Counted from the first letter of the stretch, positions 1 through 10,269 are shown. The stretch is DNA of 64,000 nt from Calditrichales bacterium (GCA_965267575.1 OZ254086.1:3552001-3616000), one strand, 5' to 3'. Made by a program: numbers and translations. Notes: generated from the letters alone by a model not told the origin.

Positions 1-632
1 GTGAGCGCGATCTGCAAGGCGGTTACATTGGCGCCATGGCTCCGCCGGGAGAATACACGGTTACACTCTCCAGGGAAATCAATGGAGTTATAACTGTTTT
101 AACGGAAGCAGTGCCGTTTACGGTTGAAAAGATGTATGACGGGGCGCTGGACGGAGCAACGGCCGAAGAAGCCAGCGCTTTCTGGCGCGAAACGGAGCGG
201 CTTAATAAGTCGACAACGGCCGCCAACAGCGTTTTAAATGATGCGCTGCAGCGCATCAATCTTTTGCAGGGCGCTTTGACGCGTATGGCCAATGCCCCCG
301 GTACTCTTGAAAAAGAGATACATGACCTGAAACAAACGCTGCTGGAGATGCAGACGGAACTTAGCGGTAACCGCAGTAAGCAGATGATTGGTGAAAAGAC
401 AAAGCCAACAATAGCCGGCCGCCAGAGTTTTGCTTCACTCGGTACATTCGGTTCAACCTATGGACCTACTCCGGAGCACCGCCGCAGCCTGCAAATAGCG
501 GCAGAGGAGTTCAAGGCGTTTAAAGCTCAGCTTGAAGAAATTGTAAATATTCAGCTCCCTGCGATCGAAACTAAAATGCGTGACGCAGGTGCTCCGTGGA
601 TAGAGGGACAGGAGATACCGGACTATAAATAA
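1..632 (+). CDS. C-terminal part of a BNR/VPS10-repeat glycosyl hydrolase-like protein (5' truncated by window)
   Basis: Frame is open from the window edge (ERDLQGGYIGAMAPPGEYTVTL). PGxYTVTL, a helical stretch, STYGPT and AGAPW at the end resemble C-termini of large BNR-repeat proteins. Confidence 0.6.
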   Translation, partial: ERDLQGGYIGAMAPPGEYTVTLSREINGVITVLTEAVPFTVEKMYDGALDGATAEEASAFWRETERLNKSTTAANSVLNDALQRINLLQGALTRMANAPGTLEKEIHDLKQTLLEMQTELSGNRSKQMIGEKTKPTIAGRQSFASLGTFGSTYGPTPEHRRSLQIAAEEFKAFKAQLEEIVNIQLPAIETKMRDAGAPWIEGQEIPDYK

Positions 633-660
633 CGTTATATATTTTTCACGATGAATAATT

Positions 661-699
661 AAAAGCCCCGTCTCGTTAAGAGCGGGGCTTTTCTTTTTT
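661..699 (+). terminator. Intrinsic terminator
   Basis: AAAAGCCCCG...CGGGGCTTTT stem followed by a T-run just after the stop codon. Confidence 0.85.
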
Positions 700-757
700 A
701 TACAAATTAATTTTTTGTAATTTCGTTCGATTATGCCCGCTACCCAGGGAGAAGAAA

Positions 758-3700
758 ATGGATTACTCAAGGCTCAAAAAGCGCGATCTGATTGAACAGA
801 TCGAACAATTGGAAAAGCGTATTGAGACATTGACCGCAAATACCGCTGCAAACAATCCGCAAAAAATCTCCAACCTGATGAATCAACTTCCCTGCGCACT
901 TCTTGTTGAAACAGCCGAGAGGGAAATCTACCAGGTAAACCGAAGCTTTCTTTCCATCTTCGGCAATAGCCTGAAAACGGCCAACCTTTTGGGCCAATCG
1001 ACTCAGCAAATTTGGGATAGCCTCAACGGTTTTTTCGACACTCCTTCTGCCGAAGCTCTGCAAAAAATCGAAACAAAGATCAGCAGCGGTAAATTTTCCA
1101 CTGCCGGCGCTTTGCTGCATACAAAAGACGGGCGCGTTCTGCAATGCAACTATTTACCGGTGGAAAGCACTGATGGGGATATCGAACACATGTGGTGCTT
1201 TCGCGATGTGACGGTAACCAGGGAAGCCGATTTAAAGCATCGCCTGAGCGAGGAAAAGTTTTACCGTTACATAAGTCATGCTCCGTTCGGCGTTTTTGTA
1301 ATTGATAAAAGCGGGGTAATTGTGGAAGCCAATAATTCTGCGGCCCTGATAACGGGTTATGACCAGAGCGAACTGCTGCAAATGCAAATAAGCAAACTGG
1401 TTCCGGAAGGGCGCCGGGAGAAAGCCATACAGAATGCAAAGCTTTTACGTTCACAGGGTCATTTCAGTGGTGAAGGGCCATTCCTTACAAAAAAGGGCGA
1501 AATCCGACTCTGGTCTTTAAAGGCCGTACAGCTTTCCAGCGATCACTTTCTGGGTTTTGTAAACGACATTACCGAGCAAAAAAAGTCTGAAGACGCATTG
1601 GGAGAATCCAGGAAAATCCTGCAGGATGTGCTGGACACCATCCCAGTACGTGTTTTCTGGAAAGATGTGAATTCCAATTATCTGGGCTGCAACCGGCTTT
1701 TTGCCCGGGATGCCGGCAGGCAAAATCCTGATGAACTTCTGGGGCAGAACGACTATATGATGAGCTGGAAGGAGCAGGCCGGGTTATACCGTAGTGACGA
1801 TAAGCAGGTTATAGAAAGCGGACGAGCAAAAATCAACTATGAAGAGCCGCAGACAAATGAAGCGGGCGAAATAAGGTGGTTGCGAACGTCCAAAGTGCCT
1901 TTGCGAGACAGCAACGGTAGCATATACGGCGTCCTGGGAACATATGAGGATATCACGGAGCAACGCCGGGCCAATGAAGAGCTGGAGAAAAGTGAACAGA
2001 AACTGCGCAACATCGTCGAGCACAGCACCAATTTGTTCTACAGCCACACGGCCGATCATGATCTCACTTATGTAAGCCCGCAATCGCGCTACTTTTTTGA
2101 TTGCGAACCGGAAGAAGCGATGACGCGATGGACCGAATTTATTACGGACAACCCGCTTAACAAGATCGGAATTGAGCTTACCGATAAGGCCATACAGACC
2201 GGGCAACGCCAGCCTTCTTATCAGCTTGAACTCCGGACAAAAAAAGACCGGATCATTTGGGTGGAAGTCAATGAGGCGCCGCTGGTGGTGGATGGAAAAA
2301 CGGTTGCCGTAATTGGTTCGCTTACGGATATCACGGATTCAAAACTGGCGGAGATTGCCCTGCGCGAAAGTGAGGAAAAATTCCGCGAGCTGGCCGAACT
2401 GCTGCCGGAGGTGATTTTTGAAGCTGATGTTAAGGGTAACCTGACTTTTGTAAACAAGAAAGCGTTTGAGATATTCGGCTATTCACGCAAGGATTTTGAA
2501 AAAGGCGTCAATGCTATACAAACCATTGCCCGCGAAGACCGTAAAAGATCAAGTGAAAACATTCAGCGCGTGCTGAACGGACTGCCCGCAGGCAATTCGG
2601 AATACACTGCGCGACGCAAAGATGGCAGCACCTTTCCGGTATTAATCTATTCTAGCCCGATTTTACAAGACAATAAACCTGTTGGCCTGCGCGGCATAAT
2701 CGTTGATATAACCGAGCGCCGCCGCCTGGAAGAGCAGCTCCATCACTCACAGAAAATGGAGGCTGTTGGTCAGCTTGCCGGTGGCGTTGCCCACGATTTC
2801 AACAACCTGCTCACGATTATTAACGGGTTTTGCGATTTACTTAATCTTCAGCAACTCCCCGCTGAGGTGTCCGAGCCCGTCCGGCAAATCCAGAATGCCG
2901 GCAAACGCGCCGCGGAACTGACCAGCCAATTGCTCGCCTTCAGCCGCAAGCAAATCGTCCAACCGCGCATCGTAAATCTCAACGCGATCGTTTCAAACTA
3001 TATTAAAATGCTGGGCCGTCTGCTTGGCGAAAGTATCGAAATAGAGATGTTGCTGGAGCCGCGCCTGAATAACATTAAGGCTGATACGGGACAAATGGAA
3101 CAGATCATCATGAATATTTCAATAAATGCGCGTGATGCCATGGCCGGTGGCGGCAAACTGACCATCAAAACAAAAAACGTAAGCGTCAGCAACGCATCTG
3201 CGGATATGCCCGCGGGGCTTGTTCCCGGACGTTATGTAATGCTGAAGATAAGCGATACCGGTGTAGGCATGGACGAAGAGGTCCTCTCCCGGATATTTGA
3301 ACCGTTTTATACCACAAAAGCGCGTGGAAAGGGAACGGGCCTTGGACTAGCGACGGTTTATGGAATCGTTCAGCAAAACAGGGGCGCCATTCATGCGGAA
3401 AGTAAGCGGGGCAAGGGCAGTTATTTCACGGTTTATCTTCCCGCGGTTGTAGAGAGCGTAGCCGATGGGGATAACGCTCAAACAGAAAAAACGAACTACT
3501 ACGGCGCCGAATGTATTTTGCTTGTTGAAGACGATAAGGCTGTTTGCGAGGTGACAAAAACTACGCTCGAACGCTACGGATATCAGGTTTTGGTTGCGGC
3601 CAACGGGCGGGAAGCTTTGCAAATTTATGACCGCGAGAAGGATAAAATCGATCTTGTTTTAACAGATATGGTCATGCCGGTAATGAGCGGCCGCGAGCTT

Positions 3701-3874
3701 GCCAAAAAAATACGTGCACGCAACGCGTCTTTAAAGATACTTTTCTTTTCCGGCTATACCGATGATCTTTTTGCAAATGATAATATGGGTGAAAATGGCA
3801 GCCCGGGCTTTATTCAGAAGCCGTTTGACCAAAATGACCTGTTGCGAAAAATACGTGATATGCTAAAAAAATAA
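758..3874 (+). CDS. Multi-PAS hybrid sensor histidine kinase/response regulator
   Basis: About five PAS/PAC repeats (DITE motifs), H-box AHDFNNLL, N-box NARDAM, G-boxes DTGVGM and GTGLGL, C-terminal receiver (LLVEDD, LTDMVMP, KPF). Confidence 0.95.
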   Translation: MDYSRLKKRDLIEQIEQLEKRIETLTANTAANNPQKISNLMNQLPCALLVETAEREIYQVNRSFLSIFGNSLKTANLLGQSTQQIWDSLNGFFDTPSAEALQKIETKISSGKFSTAGALLHTKDGRVLQCNYLPVESTDGDIEHMWCFRDVTVTREADLKHRLSEEKFYRYISHAPFGVFVIDKSGVIVEANNSAALITGYDQSELLQMQISKLVPEGRREKAIQNAKLLRSQGHFSGEGPFLTKKGEIRLWSLKAVQLSSDHFLGFVNDITEQKKSEDALGESRKILQDVLDTIPVRVFWKDVNSNYLGCNRLFARDAGRQNPDELLGQNDYMMSWKEQAGLYRSDDKQVIESGRAKINYEEPQTNEAGEIRWLRTSKVPLRDSNGSIYGVLGTYEDITEQRRANEELEKSEQKLRNIVEHSTNLFYSHTADHDLTYVSPQSRYFFDCEPEEAMTRWTEFITDNPLNKIGIELTDKAIQTGQRQPSYQLELRTKKDRIIWVEVNEAPLVVDGKTVAVIGSLTDITDSKLAEIALRESEEKFRELAELLPEVIFEADVKGNLTFVNKKAFEIFGYSRKDFEKGVNAIQTIAREDRKRSSENIQRVLNGLPAGNSEYTARRKDGSTFPVLIYSSPILQDNKPVGLRGIIVDITERRRLEEQLHHSQKMEAVGQLAGGVAHDFNNLLTIINGFCDLLNLQQLPAEVSEPVRQIQNAGKRAAELTSQLLAFSRKQIVQPRIVNLNAIVSNYIKMLGRLLGESIEIEMLLEPRLNNIKADTGQMEQIIMNISINARDAMAGGGKLTIKTKNVSVSNASADMPAGLVPGRYVMLKISDTGVGMDEEVLSRIFEPFYTTKARGKGTGLGLATVYGIVQQNRGAIHAESKRGKGSYFTVYLPAVVESVADGDNAQTEKTNYYGAECILLVEDDKAVCEVTKTTLERYGYQVLVAANGREALQIYDREKDKIDLVLTDMVMPVMSGRELAKKIRARNASLKILFFSGYTDDLFANDNMGENGSPGFIQKPFDQNDLLRKIRDMLKK

Positions 3875-3877
3875 AGT

Positions 3878-3920
3878 AAAAAAGGCAGCACAGAAATAAA
3901 CCCGAGCTGCCTTTCTTCTT
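3878..3920. terminator. Probable bidirectional terminator
   Basis: AAAGGCAGC...GCTGCCTTT stem with A/T tails between convergent genes. Confidence 0.55.
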
Positions 3921-3921
3921 A

Positions 3922-5025
3922 TCAATTGCTGTATGCCAATCCAAAGGGATTAAATCCTACTTCAACTTCCGTAACAAATCGCGGCAAGCGCGAAGCCGGG
4001 TCGATGCTATAGACCGTAACGGTATTTGAACTGCCACCTGAGTGTGTCAGATAGAGCTTTTTGCTGTTATGATTAAGAGCAATATTATGCGGTACGGCTA
4101 TCAGATTGTCCATATAGGTGTCTACACTCCCCAGGATGTAATCACCGCGGGTGTCTATGGCAAAAATGCCATGCGCGCCGCCACCGGGGAGATTTGTTGT
4201 GTAGAAAGTGCGTCCGTTCCAGGCCATACCCGCTCCGTGGGCGCCAGGTATATCAAGTATCTCTGTTACTTCCATCGTAAGGCGATTCAGAATATAGATA
4301 GCATTGCTGTTCTGGGCCGGGACATACAGGTTTTCATTGACGCGCGGATGCAGGGATAAATGCGGGTCTTTACCAACGGCTGCCCGACCCAATTCACGGC
4401 CGCTGCGCATGTCATACTGTAATACGTAATCATTTTCACCGGAAAAGCCAAGCATTGTTACATAGGCTAATCTCTCAAACGGGCCGGTTATGACATCGTG
4501 TGGCTTGCCGCCCATGCTTACCAGATCCTGTGGCAGAGATATGGTCCGTACATTTTGCATGGCCTCAATATCGATGACGCTTATTGTGTTGTCGATATCA
4601 TTTACTACCCACAGGTGATGGCTGTTGACCTGCGCCCACATGTGGAAAACGCCGTTACCCGCCTCAACGGTGCCTTTTACAGAAAAGTCATCGCTATCGA
4701 AAAACACTACCTGATTATTGGCACGGTCTCCAACGAGAACTACCTCGTTGCGCGGCGACCAGACAACATACATCGGTTCACCATTATCGGGCATGGCGTA
4801 CGTGCCGCTCACTTGGTCATTAGCAACATTAATTACAGAGATTGTGCTGGATGCGCGGTTAGCAATCACAACATTTCCGGGAAGATGCGCGCGTGAAATA
4901 CCGGCCTGGCGTTCGACCTCCTGCTTAACCCGGGTGTCCGGAGATGTAACATTTTGGGTTTCCTGTTCACAGGAAATAAAAATAAAGAAAGAAGAAAACA
5001 GAATAGAAAGAAGCTTGTTGCGCAT
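3922..5025 (-). CDS. YncE/YVTN-type beta-propeller lipoprotein
   Basis: Lipobox-like FISC; repeats such as VIANRASSTISVI and VVNDIDNTISVID; GxxPH turns; C-terminal VGFNPFGL. Confidence 0.8.
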   Translation of the reverse strand: MRNKLLSILFSSFFIFISCEQETQNVTSPDTRVKQEVERQAGISRAHLPGNVVIANRASSTISVINVANDQVSGTYAMPDNGEPMYVVWSPRNEVVLVGDRANNQVVFFDSDDFSVKGTVEAGNGVFHMWAQVNSHHLWVVNDIDNTISVIDIEAMQNVRTISLPQDLVSMGGKPHDVITGPFERLAYVTMLGFSGENDYVLQYDMRSGRELGRAAVGKDPHLSLHPRVNENLYVPAQNSNAIYILNRLTMEVTEILDIPGAHGAGMAWNGRTFYTTNLPGGGAHGIFAIDTRGDYILGSVDTYMDNLIAVPHNIALNHNSKKLYLTHSGGSSNTVTVYSIDPASRLPRFVTEVEVGFNPFGLAYSN

Positions 5026-5141
5026 CGCGCCCTCCTTTTTTTTGTTGTGTAGCAGGGCGTAAACTGCGCTTGCATTTTCACAAAAACTTCACGAGAAAAT
5101 CATTTTCATGACCGGTTTGTTATCTATTTGAGTATTTTTTT

Positions 5142-5780
5142 TCAATAATTTTTAATTTTTTTAAAAATATATGGTCCGTTTGCAGAGCCCCACACTTGGT
5201 TACCTTTTTTATCAAACCCGCGGTCCCAACTGTTAAGAACGTTTTCTTCAATGCGCACTTCCGAAGTGGCGTAACTGGCCCCGCGTAACGTGCTTAAACA
5301 ACGTTTTCCATCAGTGCTGCCGACAAAAGCGCTATCTGTAAAGCTAAGCGTAATGGCGCAGCCTTCTCTTAAAATAAGAGAATCCGGTGTCAAATCGGAA
5401 AAAGCGTTTTCCTCGTTCCACCGGCCGGCGAAGCGTAGAGGATCGGGAAGTTCAAAAACCGCGCTTTCATAGGTATTATCAGGCTTTGCGGCTATTCGGT
5501 ATACTCTTTGGCGGTAAGGTTTTTTAAGTGCCCAGGCCGCGGCCTGTTCAACATAAAGCCAGATGCCATCGTTTCTATCGTGCCAAATTTGAACCATTTC
5601 CAAACGGATATCTAAAAAGTTGGTATCGGTTTTTGCTTGTTCCGCGCTGCTGAATGAGCCCGTCATCCAATCCCGCAGAGTGTTAAAGTTGCTATCCGTA
5701 CGCTCTTGAGCTACTATTGAAGTACTTATTGAAAAATGTATCAAAACTGTCAACAAAAAAAACAGGTTAGATTGCTTCAT
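5142..5780 (-). CDS. CpcT/CpeT family chromophore lyase-like protein with signal peptide
   Basis: GSFSSAEQA, WLYVEQA, PYRQRVY, GC...C, SWDRGFD...VWG motifs. ATG at 5780 has an AGGAG RBS. Confidence 0.85.
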   Translation of the reverse strand: MKQSNLFFLLTVLIHFSISTSIVAQERTDSNFNTLRDWMTGSFSSAEQAKTDTNFLDIRLEMVQIWHDRNDGIWLYVEQAAAWALKKPYRQRVYRIAAKPDNTYESAVFELPDPLRFAGRWNEENAFSDLTPDSLILREGCAITLSFTDSAFVGSTDGKRCLSTLRGASYATSEVRIEENVLNSWDRGFDKKGNQVWGSANGPYIFKKIKNY

Positions 5781-5967
5781 TGCCACTCCTTGACCTATCG
5801 TAATTAACAAAGTACAGAGCAAAAAAATGTTTGACCTTATTGAATTTTAAGTAGTAATTTTAAAGAACTTTGCAGAAATAAACCATGCGTATTTTTGTTT
5901 CACAAGTAATCTATAAAAACTTGATTTACATAACTGAAATGGACAACAAAACAGTGAGTGAGCTAAA

Positions 5968-6435
5968 ATGAGCAGAAAAAGTTCGATGAAAATTCCCGAT
6001 GCCTTAAAGGCTATTAGAAAGCGTATCGAGAAAAAGCCCGAGACGTTTGACATGGCTCATACACACCAGATGCCGTATTCGCCGAACGCCCCGGATATAA
6101 TCGTATCTTACGATTCTCTTGGAGAAATAAACCGCACAACGGATAGGAAACTAATCGCCTGGGATTATGGCAAACACTCCATGCTGGGGCATTATCTTTT
6201 GTTACTGCGTGAAAAGGGTTTCCGCCCCAAGATGCACGAATCGGCAACAGATACGCTGAACCGTTACCTCTACTACTATGGCATCGAAAAGTATTTTCCG
6301 TGGGTTTTCTCTTTGAAACGCTGGCCCAAAGATCTGCGTGAGTTATACAAGGAAGATAAAGCCAAAGGCGGGATCGCGGCAATCGACCGCTTTATTAAAG
6401 AGGGTGATTACCCTGACATAGATACCAGCATCTAA
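5968..6435 (+). CDS. Hypothetical protein
   Basis: 155-aa ORF filling the gap and followed by a terminator; no recognisable motif. Confidence 0.6.
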   Translation: MSRKSSMKIPDALKAIRKRIEKKPETFDMAHTHQMPYSPNAPDIIVSYDSLGEINRTTDRKLIAWDYGKHSMLGHYLLLLREKGFRPKMHESATDTLNRYLYYYGIEKYFPWVFSLKRWPKDLRELYKEDKAKGGIAAIDRFIKEGDYPDIDTSI

Positions 6436-6442
6436 AAAATTC

Positions 6443-6465
6443 AGGAGCCTTCGGGCTCTTTTTTT
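6443..6465 (+). terminator. Intrinsic terminator
   Basis: GAGCC-TTCG-GGCTC hairpin plus T-run. Confidence 0.8.
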
Positions 6466-7492
6466 ATTGTGCCGCTTTGCCGGCAGCCCCGAGCATAGCC
6501 AGGTAATTCTCGAATTTTACATATTCGGGAACACTGTTGCCCGAGCCGACGCAATAGCCTCCATCCGTTCCCATCGCTTCAATATTCCGCCGCACCTGTT
6601 CCCGCACCTCATCAGTATTTCCGCGCGAAAGCAGGTCCACATCCACATGCCCCATAAGGCAAAGACGGTCGCCATAGCGTTTTTTCACGTCTGCAATTTT
6701 CATGGCTTTAGGTTCGATAGGGTGCAGGGCATTGACGCCGCATTCGATAATACGATCCAGCACGTCGTATAAGATGCCATCGGTGTGGTAGATGAGCGGC
6801 TTGTTATATTTTCGGGCGAGGTCACCTATCTTTTTCAACCACGGGAAAAAATACAGTTCCAGCGTTTCCGGCGAAACCATCAGCGCGTTGCTGTAGGCGA
6901 TGTCATCGCTGTACCAGAGGGCATCTACGTTCTCGCTTTGGGCAAAATACTCAAACATGGTTAATACAAGATTACCCAGTTTTTCGTTCAGCGCTTTTAC
7001 CAGGTCCGGTTCCATAAAGATGGCCATGGAAAAGTTCTCAAAGCCCATCATCTCCCATGTCATCGTAAAAATATCGCCGTATTGACCAACAACTCCCATA
7101 CCTTCCGGCAAAATAGATCGCACTTCTTCAAAAGCCCGGTACCCAAAAGAAGAGGCCTCAGGGAAACGGTATTTTTCAAAATCGGCCGCCGAAGCGATCG
7201 GGCCACTGCCATGAGATGCCCATTTGCGCACCAACGTCCCGTCTTCGTTGAAGGTGAGTTTTCCTTCCAGGCCAATGCCGTCAGGGTTAAAATCCGCTTG
7301 CGGCTGCAGCTTGATGTAATCGTAGCCGGCTTTGTGCCAGAAAGCGACATCATCCGATAAGGTTTCGATATTACGGCCAAGCAGCTTTTCTTTTATTAAG
7401 GGGTGAATGCCCAGTTCGGCAACTGGCAGATAACTCTTGTTATGTCGGAAAAGTGTCTCTATGAAGGCTTCTATATTTGGTCCGCTTTTCAT
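6464..7492 (-). CDS. Uroporphyrinogen decarboxylase/MtaA-CmuA family protein (putative methylcorrinoid:acceptor methyltransferase)
   Basis: MMGFENF, SDDIAY, YHTDG, LHPIEP, GHVDVDLL and GGYCVGSGNSVP motifs; last gene of the corrinoid cluster. Confidence 0.8.
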   Translation of the reverse strand: MKSGPNIEAFIETLFRHNKSYLPVAELGIHPLIKEKLLGRNIETLSDDVAFWHKAGYDYIKLQPQADFNPDGIGLEGKLTFNEDGTLVRKWASHGSGPIASAADFEKYRFPEASSFGYRAFEEVRSILPEGMGVVGQYGDIFTMTWEMMGFENFSMAIFMEPDLVKALNEKLGNLVLTMFEYFAQSENVDALWYSDDIAYSNALMVSPETLELYFFPWLKKIGDLARKYNKPLIYHTDGILYDVLDRIIECGVNALHPIEPKAMKIADVKKRYGDRLCLMGHVDVDLLSRGNTDEVREQVRRNIEAMGTDGGYCVGSGNSVPEYVKFENYLAMLGAAGKAAQ

Positions 7493-8202
7493 ATCACACC
7501 CTGGCGTTCGCGTTTGTTGCGTTTGTAGCAGTGTTCAAGATTGCAGAGGTTACACTGGTAATCCTTTTTTTTGAGGCCTTTACCCAACCCGATCAATCCA
7601 CTGACAGATTTGATGGGCAGCATTAAGGCGCTGGCCGTAAGTCGTACGTCGCAGAAATCCTGCGGAAAAAACTGAAACAGCCAGTGCTGATCGGAAACAT
7701 CCCACCCGCAATAGCCGGGACTATAGCGATTGCTGCAACCCAGTCCGTGGGACTCTGCGATTTCAACAACCCTCTGTTCCAGCCAGTCGGCCAGGCTTTC
7801 GGCTATTTCCGAACCGATCAGGTCTGCGGTGTATCCGGTCATCGGGTCGCCGTCGTTGAAAAAGGAGCGCGACCATTTGTCAAAGTCTTTTCCGATTGTG
7901 GCAACAAACAGGGCTGCTCCCTCTATTTTTTTTAGCTGGCCGGCAATGATGCGTTCGGTTTGAAATGTCGTTTCATCTACAATAAGCGCGTCACGCTGCT
8001 GAGTTACGCGGCCCGGTGGGATCAGCCTGAACCCGGCATTCAGGGTAACAATGTCCTTTGCCTGTCTGAGAAGGCCCTGAAGCACCTCTTCAAACCAGTC
8101 CGGCGCCTCACCCTCCGGGTAACCGATGGCGGCGCGAATATTGCGCACATTTAACTGCAACTCACTGTAGGCCGGCTTAAACCGGTAAATCTTATCTTCC
8201 AT
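7489..8202 (-). CDS. Stand-alone B12-dependent methionine synthase activation-domain protein
   Basis: FVATIG, RYSPGYCGW and MLPIKSVSGLIG motifs; C-terminal CxxCxxxxC. Confidence 0.85.
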   Translation of the reverse strand: MEDKIYRFKPAYSELQLNVRNIRAAIGYPEGEAPDWFEEVLQGLLRQAKDIVTLNAGFRLIPPGRVTQQRDALIVDETTFQTERIIAGQLKKIEGAALFVATIGKDFDKWSRSFFNDGDPMTGYTADLIGSEIAESLADWLEQRVVEIAESHGLGCSNRYSPGYCGWDVSDQHWLFQFFPQDFCDVRLTASALMLPIKSVSGLIGLGKGLKKKDYQCNLCNLEHCYKRNKRERQGVI

Positions 8203-8222
8203 GATAATCTTTCAGGTAAATA

Positions 8223-9593
8223 TTACAAGCCATAGGCTTCGCGTTTAAAAAAGGCGCCATATGTTTCTTCCAGGTAGTTCAGCATAGCTTCTTCACCTGC
8301 CGGGGCAAAAACCAGTTGCTCCTCCAGACGATCAAGCCAGCCCTGCTCGTTATCATCTGCCGGAAGCCGCTGTTCCCCATAGGCTTTCTTCAAAGCGGAA
8401 AGCGCTTCTATTACCACAGCTTGTGTGCTTTTCAGTGGTGTTGGTTCATTGACGATCGTCCGGGCCAGTTCCAGAACGGTCCGCGGTTCCAGCATCAGGG
8501 CTTGTGGGTCGAGCCGTACGTCGCTTCGAACAAGCAAATCACGATAGGATTTCGCCTCTCCGGCGGAAAGCGCGACATTGTACAAGCGGCAATCGTAGGC
8601 CAAAAGTTCCAGATAGGCCTCCGGCGCCGGACCACTTAACAGTTTTATGTTTTGTACCGATTCGTTGCTCCACAGATCCGCCGCGGCGCCCGCAATATTG
8701 CCAAGCGGACTAAAATGGGCGCAGCTGGCCGAGCGGCCTTCCATACTGATTGGGAAGCCCGTAATCGCCTTAATGGCCGGGCCTTCATAGGCGCAATCTT
8801 TTGAAGGGCCGATGGCACCTCGTTCGTAAGCCACCAGGCTGCGCGGAATGGAAGCTGCCCGGTCAACAGCGGCAAGAACGGACGGAATCATGCCTTTGCC
8901 TGCGAGTTGCATGGCCGTATTGGCGAACCCGCAGGCCGTGTCACCACCGGCGATTATGTTATGCTTTTGGGCGATGGCGCAAATTTCATCCCACAGATAA
9001 GCCATATCGCGTGCAGCAAGAAGTCCAAGGCTGCCAATGATCCCGTTGAGGTCTCCATAAACCAGAGCCTGATCATGCACCTCTTTCCCGCCAACGGATT
9101 CGATAGAAAGAATATCGGCTCCGGCCGCGGCGCATAATTCAAAAGCTTTGATTGTATTGTCCCGGTTTTTACCGCTGCGTAAAAGGGGAGGGCGGTCGCC
9201 ATCGCGGAGATCGGTTATGGTTACCCGTAGCGCGCACGGGATATTGTGTTTGGTATAGAGCTGATGTAATGATTCTTTCAATATCGCGGTAATCTCCGCG
9301 CCCCATTCCGGACGCATCGTCATGGGCGGTAACTGTTCGAATTCCAGAACGAAGCCGGGTAGTCTTAATTTACGGGCGCGTTCCCCGAGCAGGCCGGTCA
9401 GTTCTTTGTATTGCTGCTTTATCCCGGCCCAGCTTTGCTCGTTTATGGGCATCGCGGGAAGCGTAAAATTGATCTCGGGATAAACGGCGCCGTTTCCAAT
9501 CTCAAGGCCAAACCCGCAATTAAGCGGGTGCTTGCAGGATCCGAATATCAGATCGTCTGCTTTGTCAATGGCCAGGGTTTTAAAAGATTGCAT
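8223..9593 (-). CDS. mtaB: Methanol:corrinoid methyltransferase MtaB family
   Basis: IESVGGKEVHD, GDTACGFANTAM, GPSKDCAYEG, PISMEG and DLWSNES motifs; Zn-ligand Glu/Cys/Cys positions present. Confidence 0.9.
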   Translation of the reverse strand: MQSFKTLAIDKADDLIFGSCKHPLNCGFGLEIGNGAVYPEINFTLPAMPINEQSWAGIKQQYKELTGLLGERARKLRLPGFVLEFEQLPPMTMRPEWGAEITAILKESLHQLYTKHNIPCALRVTITDLRDGDRPPLLRSGKNRDNTIKAFELCAAAGADILSIESVGGKEVHDQALVYGDLNGIIGSLGLLAARDMAYLWDEICAIAQKHNIIAGGDTACGFANTAMQLAGKGMIPSVLAAVDRAASIPRSLVAYERGAIGPSKDCAYEGPAIKAITGFPISMEGRSASCAHFSPLGNIAGAAADLWSNESVQNIKLLSGPAPEAYLELLAYDCRLYNVALSAGEAKSYRDLLVRSDVRLDPQALMLEPRTVLELARTIVNEPTPLKSTQAVVIEALSALKKAYGEQRLPADDNEQGWLDRLEEQLVFAPAGEEAMLNYLEETYGAFFKREAYGL

Positions 9594-9594
9594 A

Positions 9595-10269
9595 TCAGCC
9601 TGCCTGCTGCTTTTCGTTTAAAAAACGGGCAAAACTGTGTGGATCCGGAAAATAGCCGTCCGCACCGATTTTGCGATTGAATTCTTCCGAGAGAGGGGCA
9701 CCGCCGATGTAAATCTGCGTTTGCGGGAAACGCTCTTTGATGCGGCGCGTGGTTTCTTCCATGTTCACCATCGTGGTAGTAAGTAAAGCGCTGAGGCCCA
9801 CGATGCAATCCTGATTTTTTTCAACCGCATTAACAAACTCGGCAGGTTCCGTGTCAACCCCCAAATCGATAACATCCCAGCCTTCTCCTTTTAGCACCAT
9901 GGCCACAATGTTCTTGCCGATATCATGCAGGTCACCGGAAACCGTACCCAGAACAGCCCGGCCTTTGTAGGCAATATCGCCTGATTCAAAAAACGGCTTC
10001 AGGTGCTCCATGGCGGCGTTCATCGCTTTGGCTGAAATAAGCAGATCCGGGATATAGGCTTTACCTTCACCAAAACGTTTACCGATGCGTTGCATACCCG
10101 GCATTAGCGCATTGTATAGAATCTCTCTGGCTGGGTGCCCGGCGGCGATCGCTTGCTGTGTCAGCTCCGAAGCGCCATCCCGGCCCTTCATATCCGGCGG
10201 ATAAGGCGCGTTTTTATTTACCTTGCCTTTTTCAATACACACTGAAAGTTGCTCATATATCTCTTCCAT
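9595..10269 (-). CDS. mtaC: Corrinoid (cobalamin-binding) protein, MtaC-like
   Basis: DLHDIGKN (DxHxxG), GLSALLTTT and IGGAP motifs; ATG at 10269 has a GAGGA RBS. Confidence 0.9.
   Translation of the reverse strand: MEEIYEQLSVCIEKGKVNKNAPYPPDMKGRDGASELTQQAIAAGHPAREILYNALMPGMQRIGKRFGEGKAYIPDLLISAKAMNAAMEHLKPFFESGDIAYKGRAVLGTVSGDLHDIGKNIVAMVLKGEGWDVIDLGVDTEPAEFVNAVEKNQDCIVGLSALLTTTMVNMEETTRRIKERFPQTQIYIGGAPLSEEFNRKIGADGYFPDPHSFARFLNEKQQAG

Noticed and set aside
6464..10269. Pyrrolysine or selenocysteine read-through in the methyltransferases
   Set aside because: All four ORFs are full length with no in-frame TAG or TGA.
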